A stretch of DNA of 64,000 nt from Mycoplasma sp. CAG:956 (GTDB lineage: Bacteria; Bacillota_I; Bacilli_A; RF39; UBA660): contig HF993102.1 in assembly GCA_000433475.1 (NCBI GenBank), positions 23,806-87,805 of the forward strand, given 5' to 3'. The position numbers were made by a program, and so were the translations under genes. Below, one piece after another: positions 57,485 through 64,000 of the stretch (within the stretch, counting starts at the first letter, position 1; each line of letters begins with the position of its first letter). The notes under the pieces are model-generated. The model was not told the DNA's origin and did not search any database. It worked only from the letters and a program-made list of their open reading frames with translations.

Positions 57485-57561
57485 TGGTGGACCCTGTAGG
57501 ACTCGAACCTACAACCCATCGGTTATGAGCCGATTGCTCTAACCGATTGAGCTAAGGGTCC
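57485..57561 (-). tRNA. tRNA-Met (or tRNA-Ile2/lysidine), anticodon CAU, CCA encoded
   Basis: Cloverleaf: acceptor GGACCCT/AGGGTCC, D-stem GCTC/GAGC, anticodon loop CU-CAU-AA, T-loop TTCGAGT. The G1-C72 pair means it is not an initiator. Confidence 0.8.
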
Positions 57562-57650
57562 ATTCATTTCTTTCGACTAGTTAAATATATCATAAATATG
57601 CCATTCTTGCAATAACTTTTTGATAAAAAGCTTAAAAAAAATAAGTATCA

Positions 57651-58079
57651 CTACTTATTATTTTGCAACATATTTAATAAATCAATTTTAAACATGTCTT
57701 TTGAAGCATTTTCTTTAGATATCATAACACCTTTATATGTTGCAAGTTCTGATTGATGTCCTTCAAGTAAAATACTTGATGGTGTAATAGTATCCAACAT
57801 AACAATTTCTTCTTGTTCGTATACAACGTAATGTAATTTGACATCACCATGAATTTGAGCAAATTTTCTATCACTAGGTAATTTTAACTCATAAGTCTTA
57901 GTGTGTTTACTCTTATTTTGAGAAACTAATTCACCAACAAATTTACCATCCCTCAAATCAGGATAATATTCAAAATTTAATTTCTTATAAGCAAGCATGT
58001 TATATTTTTTTAATGCTCTTTCTAGTTTGTGATACTCATTTTCGTTTGTATAATCTAAAACAAAACCTTTCATAACCAA
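57651..58079 (-). CDS. hypothetical protein (142 aa), weak RelE/ParE-fold-like C-terminal half
   Basis: 'YELKLP...HGDVKLHYVVYEQEEIVMLDTITP' is reminiscent of ParE/RelE 'lyRiRvGdyRiiY.i.de...v.iLrIghR'. Tentative. Confidence 0.3.
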   Translation of the reverse strand: MVMKGFVLDYTNENEYHKLERALKKYNMLAYKKLNFEYYPDLRDGKFVGELVSQNKSKHTKTYELKLPSDRKFAQIHGDVKLHYVVYEQEEIVMLDTITPSSILLEGHQSELATYKGVMISKENASKDMFKIDLLNMLQNNK

Positions 58080-58319
58080 TTCCCCCTATAAAACCCTTTG
58101 ATACTTTTGATTATAGCACAAAAGTTTACATTTGTCAAATTTTGTCTTATAATCCTTGCAACATACATAAAAGATGCTATTTACCATTGGGACTTAATAT
58201 TATCAAATATTTAAGGCTTTGTCAAACTTTTTTTACTTTTACTTAGGTAATTTATAAATTTTTAAAAAAAATAAAAACCCACTTCTCTTTTATCAGAGAA
58301 ATAGGTTTAAATCTTCTTA

Positions 58320-58868
58320 TTATTTTTCCAACATGCTATTTAATTTTTTTAAACTTAAAAGTAACTCTTCCTCTTTTACTTTGCTAATAGCAGCATATTT
58401 TTTTTCTTTATTAGCATTATAAACAGCTGGATGACTTATTGGTTTAGGGTCCATGGTTTCAATTAAATTATTAACATCGATAGCTCTTACTAATAGACCA
58501 TTAATTTCTTCTTCGTTCTTATATTTTAAAACAGGAATACTTTGAGTATTAATTAGTTCATCATAGCTTATAATAGCCTTGGTTTCTTCTTCATTTTCAA
58601 ATTTTGTTAAATCAGTTCTAATAACAGCTGTACTTTCTTGAAGCTTTGAAGTTAGGGCTTCTAGAGAAATATCACTATTATCGACAACAATAGTATTGGT
58701 TACTTCTTCCTTCTTATCCTTAAACTTTAAAACATAAATAAAAGTTACTAGTAACATCATCAGTAAAATATTTGCACCAATAAAAATAATATCATAAGTA
58801 TTCAATGAATTAAAATATTCTAATAAATTTCTTGCAATTACCATTACTATATTCATACTATCTATCAC
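58320..58868 (-). CDS. hypothetical single-pass membrane protein (182 aa)
   Basis: N-terminal TM 'IIFIGANILLMMLLVTFIYVL'. No domain recognised. Confidence 0.35.
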   Translation of the reverse strand: MIDSMNIVMVIARNLLEYFNSLNTYDIIFIGANILLMMLLVTFIYVLKFKDKKEEVTNTIVVDNSDISLEALTSKLQESTAVIRTDLTKFENEEETKAIISYDELINTQSIPVLKYKNEEEINGLLVRAIDVNNLIETMDPKPISHPAVYNANKEKKYAAISKVKEEELLLSLKKLNSMLEK

Positions 58869-58986
58869 CTATTATAATAGTAGCATATTTAAATATTGCT
58901 TGACAATAAAATTCTTTAAAAATGTCAAAATATTCAAAAGTTTGACATTTTTTTGTTAAATTTAAGTAAAGAAAATGACAAGTGAG

Positions 58987-59727
58987 TTATTTATCAGTAC
59001 ATACATTATTCATAGTTAGTGGAACACTGTAAGTGACTTGTTTATTATTACTATCAGTTGCTTTAATTGTAACATACAGTCCATTGTTTTGAAATTCCTT
59101 ACACTTATAGATATAATTATCAATATTAAACGTAACATTTTTCAATAAATCTTCTAACTTTTTAGGATTTTCTTCTTTTATTACTATTTGTGATATCCTA
59201 TTTTCTAAAGTACCATTCTTTTCATAAAGAATACATTCTATACTTTTATATAAATTGTCATCAGCCCCACCACAATAATTAATGCTTGCTATATAAATAG
59301 CACTTTTAATATCGTTATAAGCAATAGAACCTGTTATAGTAAAATTACTGCAATCACTACTTATAGTTTTAAATTCAAAATCATTAACTTTATTTTTAAT
59401 AACTAAAAAAACTAATGTTATGCCTATCAAAGAAATAAATATTCCTAAAATCAAAAACTTTTTTTTATTAAAATTATTTTTAATTTGCGTATTTTTACTA
59501 CTTGCGTTGGTATTTAAAACATAATCGCCGGTTAAAAAAGAATTGATATCAATATTAAAATCATCGCATATTTGTTTAAGGAGGCTTATATCAGGGATGT
59601 TTTTACCATTTTCCCACTTAGAAACAGCCTGATAAGTTATGTTATATTTTAAAGCTAAATCTTTTTGCGTTAAATGATTATCTTTTCTTATTTGTTTAAT
59701 TAATTTTCCTATTCTTTCTGTGTCCAT
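58987..59727 (-). CDS. Membrane-spanning XRE-family HTH regulator with extracytoplasmic Cys-containing domain
   Basis: 'IGKLIKQIRKDNHLTQKDLALKYNITYQAVSKWENGKNIP' HTH_3, then one TM, then a 130-aa C-domain with 4 Cys. Confidence 0.6.
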   Translation of the reverse strand: MDTERIGKLIKQIRKDNHLTQKDLALKYNITYQAVSKWENGKNIPDISLLKQICDDFNIDINSFLTGDYVLNTNASSKNTQIKNNFNKKKFLILGIFISLIGITLVFLVIKNKVNDFEFKTISSDCSNFTITGSIAYNDIKSAIYIASINYCGGADDNLYKSIECILYEKNGTLENRISQIVIKEENPKKLEDLLKNVTFNIDNYIYKCKEFQNNGLYVTIKATDSNNKQVTYSVPLTMNNVCTDK

Positions 59728-59795
59728 AAAATCTCCTAGATAATTATAACATAATCTTTATTTTAGAGAAAAGAAAAAGTACCATCAAGGATACT

Positions 59796-60581
59796 TTATT
59801 CTAATTCTAATTTCTTTATTATTGCATGATAATTGTTAAATACATAAGGATAAAACTCTTCTTCTAATCTTATATTATTTTGAACTAAATAATCAGATAC
59901 AACATCCCCAATTAAGTAGCCCAAAATATTATTAATTACATTTTTAAGTTTTAAGTCAAGAATTTTTCGAATTTCATTAATCTCAAGATTTGGAGGCAAA
60001 CTTTCATTTTCTAAATAATACTCTTCGTATTTTTGCATTAACAATAAATTATTTAGTTTTTCTTGCATAGCTAGATAATGGTTATTCTGTCTAATTTTAA
60101 CAACATTTTCATACTTTAAGCCAACTAGTTTTATAAACTCTTTTTCCATATAAAAACTAAAGGTCTCTGGTAAAAAACAGTAGTAAGCGTTACCATTAAT
60201 AATATCTTTATGTAACTTAAAATCAACAAAATGGGCCAACTCATGAATTAACCGAAACAAGTCACTATCATCATTTTTTATATTTATAAAAGTTTTATTA
60301 ATATCTAAATAGGAAATAGTTTTTCCTTCAGGTTTCATGATAATGTTTTTATTCATATTAGCCATAATAATTGCATAGTATTTTAAATTATACATTTTAT
60401 AAAAATTCAAAACAACTTTTAAATACTTAGATTTAGTCTTTAAATATTTCTGCTTAAAAACTGGCTCACTATAATGCTTTTTTAATATTTCTATTTCTTC
60501 TTTTGAGCATAGCTTCGTATAATTAGAATTATCGGCAATTAGTTTTCTAAATATTTCGATTTTTTCTAAAGAAACATTCAT
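59796..60581 (-). CDS. Putative zinc metallopeptidase (HExxH) domain protein
   Basis: 'FRLIHELAHFVDF' HExxH with a downstream Glu-rich 'ETFSFYMEKE'. Start overlaps the pheT stop. Confidence 0.4.
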   Translation of the reverse strand: MNVSLEKIEIFRKLIADNSNYTKLCSKEEIEILKKHYSEPVFKQKYLKTKSKYLKVVLNFYKMYNLKYYAIIMANMNKNIIMKPEGKTISYLDINKTFINIKNDDSDLFRLIHELAHFVDFKLHKDIINGNAYYCFLPETFSFYMEKEFIKLVGLKYENVVKIRQNNHYLAMQEKLNNLLLMQKYEEYYLENESLPPNLEINEIRKILDLKLKNVINNILGYLIGDVVSDYLVQNNIRLEEEFYPYVFNNYHAIIKKLELE

Positions 60582-62974
60582 TAATTATCTCTAACTTTGC
60601 AATTAAACTTATTTTTAACATTAGTCATTATATCATTAAATATAGTCATAACTTCATCTTCTTGTAGAGTTCTAGTATTTGATTGGAATGTTAATTTGAA
60701 TGCTACTGATTTTTCAGTTTCTAAGACATTTGGTCCAGTATAAACATCGAAAATACTAATATTTGTTAATAAATCCTTGCCTGATATTCTTATTTCATTC
60801 ATTATTTCTTCAACTGGCAGGCTCTTATTAACTACAAAAGCTACATCTTTAACGATTTCTGGATAAATAGAAGCCGCAACATACTTAAGTGGTTTTATTT
60901 CTTGCATTAATTTATTTAAAGAAATTTCGCAAACATAAATCTCATCTTTACATAAGTTTGGATGAACCTCACCTATGATGCCTAAGAATATATCGTCTAA
61001 ATAAATCTTAGCACTTCTTTTTGGATGCATACTATCTACTCTTGCTTTAGCAAAATGATATCTGCCTGCAAATCCTAAATAGTCAAGTAAGTTTTCCACG
61101 ATTCCTTTAATCAAATAGAAATCACACTTCACATTAACTTTAGTTGCTTCGTTAAGAATATAATTACCTTTCATTAAAATAGCAATCTTACTTTCTTCTT
61201 CAAAATTAACATCATAAGTCTTACTAATTTCATAAAGAAACATATCATTTACTTTACGAGTTTTATTATAATTATACACATTTAACATACTAGGAATTAA
61301 AGAAGTACGTAAGACGGACTTATCAATACTCATTGGATTAGGCAAATTTAAATTTACTTTACCTTCGTAATTAAAAGTACTAGCCATATTTGGGGAAGTT
61401 AAGGTATAAGTTCTAGTTTCTGTAAGTCCTAAAGAGCGAAGGCGACTTGCAATGATCTTATGATATTTAACATCACCCTTATACTCGCCTTGTTTTATTT
61501 TTACTTTTGGTAAAGTACAGGCTAAATTTTCATAACCATAAAGACGAACAATTTCCTCAGCAATATCATTAACATTAGGGTCTATATCTAATCTACGATT
61601 AGGAATAGTTACTGTGAAGGTATTATTATTAAATTTATATGGAAATTCTAATCTATCAAGTTCATGTTCAATATCATTTGGTTTAATATCAATACCTAGA
61701 AGTTTACTAATATCATCTTCTTTAAATGTTACTACTTTAGGAGTTTTATCTAATTTATCATAAGTAATAGTACCATTTAAAATAGTAGCATCAGCATATT
61801 TTTCTAATAAATTACAAGCTCTATTTAGGGCATAATTAGTATATTCATAAGATAAGCCTTTACCATAACGAATAGATGCTTCACTCTTTAAATTGAGACG
61901 ATTAGATGTATTACGAATACTAATATTATCAAAGATAGCGGCTTCAATAAAGATATTTTTAGTATTTTCTGTAACCTCAGTATTTAAGCCTCCCATAACC
62001 CCCGCTAGGCAAATAGACTTCTTGCCATCAGTTATAACAATATCACTAGCCTTTAAAACTCTTTCATTATTATCTAGAGTTACTAATTTTTCATTTTCAT
62101 AGGCATCTCTAACTACTATTTTTGTACCTAAAGTATCTTTGTCAAAGAAATGAAGAGGTTGGCCAAATTCTAGCATTACGTAATTGGAAATATCAATAAC
62201 ATTGTTAATTGGACGCATACCAGCATCAATTAATCTCTTTTTAATAAATTCTGGACTTTCTTTAATGGTTAAATTAGTTGCCATACGACCAGTATAATAT
62301 GGACATTTAGGAGTATCTATTTCTAATGAGATATAGTTATTTACATCATCATTAACTGTTTTATAAGACATATCTGGTAAAGTAACTTTACGATTTAAAA
62401 TTGAGGCAATTTCATAGGCAAAACCAATATGATAGTAGCAATCGTTATTACGATGTTTATGAATATCTAACTCGTAAAGAGTTGTTTCTAAACCTAAAGC
62501 GGCAATGGCTGGAGCACCAATTTTTAAGTTATCTGGAGCGATAAAAATACCTTTAGCATAATTTTCTTTAGTATTTTCTTCTAAGCCAATTTCACATAAA
62601 GCACAAATCATACCATTAGAATCTATGCCACGCAAGCTAGTATTTTTAATAATGCCACCTGGTAATTTAGTACCATCTAGAGCTACTATTACTTTAATAC
62701 CACTTTTAACGTTTGGAGCCCCACACACTATTTGAACTAATTCATCATTTCCCACATCAACCTGGCAAATATGCATATGGTCAGAATTAGGATGATTAAC
62801 ACATTCAACTATTTGTCCTATTACTAAACCTGGTATATTATTGGAAATAACTTTTTCAACATTTATACCAGCTTTAGTTATTTTAACGGCTAATTCTTTT
62901 AAATCTTGATCTTTAATATCAATATAATCGCTAACCCATTCTAAACTAATCATTTTCTTTTTCCTTTCTATCAA
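60581..62974 (-). CDS. pheT: Phenylalanine--tRNA ligase beta subunit
   Basis: 797 aa. N-terminal tRNA-binding (EMAP-like) domain, B3/B4, FDX-ACB C-terminal domain. Overlaps pheS. Confidence 0.95.
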   Translation of the reverse strand: MIERKKKMISLEWVSDYIDIKDQDLKELAVKITKAGINVEKVISNNIPGLVIGQIVECVNHPNSDHMHICQVDVGNDELVQIVCGAPNVKSGIKVIVALDGTKLPGGIIKNTSLRGIDSNGMICALCEIGLEENTKENYAKGIFIAPDNLKIGAPAIAALGLETTLYELDIHKHRNNDCYYHIGFAYEIASILNRKVTLPDMSYKTVNDDVNNYISLEIDTPKCPYYTGRMATNLTIKESPEFIKKRLIDAGMRPINNVIDISNYVMLEFGQPLHFFDKDTLGTKIVVRDAYENEKLVTLDNNERVLKASDIVITDGKKSICLAGVMGGLNTEVTENTKNIFIEAAIFDNISIRNTSNRLNLKSEASIRYGKGLSYEYTNYALNRACNLLEKYADATILNGTITYDKLDKTPKVVTFKEDDISKLLGIDIKPNDIEHELDRLEFPYKFNNNTFTVTIPNRRLDIDPNVNDIAEEIVRLYGYENLACTLPKVKIKQGEYKGDVKYHKIIASRLRSLGLTETRTYTLTSPNMASTFNYEGKVNLNLPNPMSIDKSVLRTSLIPSMLNVYNYNKTRKVNDMFLYEISKTYDVNFEEESKIAILMKGNYILNEATKVNVKCDFYLIKGIVENLLDYLGFAGRYHFAKARVDSMHPKRSAKIYLDDIFLGIIGEVHPNLCKDEIYVCEISLNKLMQEIKPLKYVAASIYPEIVKDVAFVVNKSLPVEEIMNEIRISGKDLLTNISIFDVYTGPNVLETEKSVAFKLTFQSNTRTLQEDEVMTIFNDIMTNVKNKFNCKVRDN

Positions 62975-63998
62975 ATGTTTTAATTTCTCTTAAGTCGTTA
63001 TTATAAAAGACACGGATATCGTTAATATCATATTTAATCATAGCTAAACGTTCAGCACCAAACCCGAAAGCAAAACCACTCCACTCGTTTGGATCATAGC
63101 CAGCCATTTTTAGGACATTAGGATGAACAATACCAGCACCACAAACAGTAACCCAGCCCGTTTGTTTACAAACATTACAACCTGTACCATGACAATTACA
63201 GCAAGTTATATCTACTTCAACAGAAGGTTCAGTAAATGGATAATAACTTGGGTGGAAACGTGTCTTTGTATCAATGCCATATAGTTTCTTAGCGGCTAAA
63301 TCAATAGTTCCTTTTAAATCACTTAGAGAAATATTTTTGTCAACTAATAAACCTTCAATTTGAGTAAATTGATGTGAATGCGTAGCATCATCATCATCAC
63401 GACGATAAGTCTTACCTGGACAAATTACTCGAATTGGTTTTTTACCTTCTCCTTTTAACATTGTTCTTATTTGAACAGGTGAAGTCTGACTTCTTAAAAG
63501 TAACTCTTCTCCCTTAACATAAAAGGTATCTTGAGCTTCTCTTGCAGGATGACCTTTAGGTAAATTTAACATTTCAAAGTTATACTTATCAAGTTCAATT
63601 TCTGGTCCATCAACAACATCATAACCCATACTCATGAATATTTCTTCTACATCAAGAATTAATTTTTCTAAAATACAAGGTGACCCTACTGGTATTTTAG
63701 TAGCCGGAAGACTAATATCAATATCTTCACTTTCTAATTTTTTATTTAATATTTCTTCTTTAATTGTTGTTTCTTTATCACTAATTAACTTAGTAACTTC
63801 TTGTTTTAAAGTATTTACTAAACTACCATAAGTTTTTCTTTCTTCAATATCCATACTTCCTAAATTAGCAAGTAAACCAGATATTTCTCCTTTTTTAGAT
63901 AAATACTTATTTTTTAGTTCAGTTAAACTATTTATATCTTTAATATTTTGTAAGTTATTTAAAATAGTTTCTTTAATATTCTTTATCTTTTCTTGCAT
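62946..63998 (-). CDS. pheS: Phenylalanine--tRNA ligase alpha subunit
   Basis: Class II motifs: 'FRPSYFPFTEPSVEVD' (motif 2) and 'GFAFGFGAERLAMI' (motif 3). Confidence 0.95.
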   Translation of the reverse strand: MQEKIKNIKETILNNLQNIKDINSLTELKNKYLSKKGEISGLLANLGSMDIEERKTYGSLVNTLKQEVTKLISDKETTIKEEILNKKLESEDIDISLPATKIPVGSPCILEKLILDVEEIFMSMGYDVVDGPEIELDKYNFEMLNLPKGHPAREAQDTFYVKGEELLLRSQTSPVQIRTMLKGEGKKPIRVICPGKTYRRDDDDATHSHQFTQIEGLLVDKNISLSDLKGTIDLAAKKLYGIDTKTRFHPSYYPFTEPSVEVDITCCNCHGTGCNVCKQTGWVTVCGAGIVHPNVLKMAGYDPNEWSGFAFGFGAERLAMIKYDINDIRVFYNNDLREIKTFDRKEKEND

Positions 63999-64000
63999 AC

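Noticed and set aside
51387-63831. ORFs 51387-51578, 61893-62102, 63634-63831.
   Set aside because: They are antisense inside yqeY/rpsU, pheT and pheS.

Overview
This is an AT-rich (about 25-27% GC) chromosomal window from an endospore-forming-type Firmicute, with most genes on the minus strand. The housekeeping backbone is: murT-gatD; ileS behind a T-box leader; pgm/pmm; priA; recD2; rhomboid; rluD-lspA-ylmC; ppdK; xerC/D-like; deoD; sepF-divIVA; glyQS; recO-yqzL-era-ybeY-yqfD-yqfC; rpsU-yqeY; rpsT; two tRNAs; pheST. Sporulation genes are present: spoIIP, sigG with a sigmaF/G-type promoter, an intact pro-sigK, YlmC/YmxH and YqfC/YqfD.

The strongest accessory signal is a class-II bacteriocin-like locus (52883-55231). 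It has a C39-peptidase ABC exporter followed by two tandem double-glycine-leader peptides, one of which is missing from the ORF track.

Other unusual items:
- a tandem pair of proteins built almost entirely of helicase-associated (HA) domain repeats (10364-15037);
- a membrane-anchored HNH nuclease plus a 371-aa unknown protein at the rpsT/spoIIP junction;
- two tandem sets of paralogous unknown proteins;
- a GatD homolog whose expected catalytic Cys and His appear to be replaced;
- a 22-nt exactly duplicated sequence shared by two upstream regions;
- a J-domain protein with a prion-like N/Y tract;
- two membrane-spanning XRE regulators.

I found no CRISPR arrays, rRNA genes or transposases.
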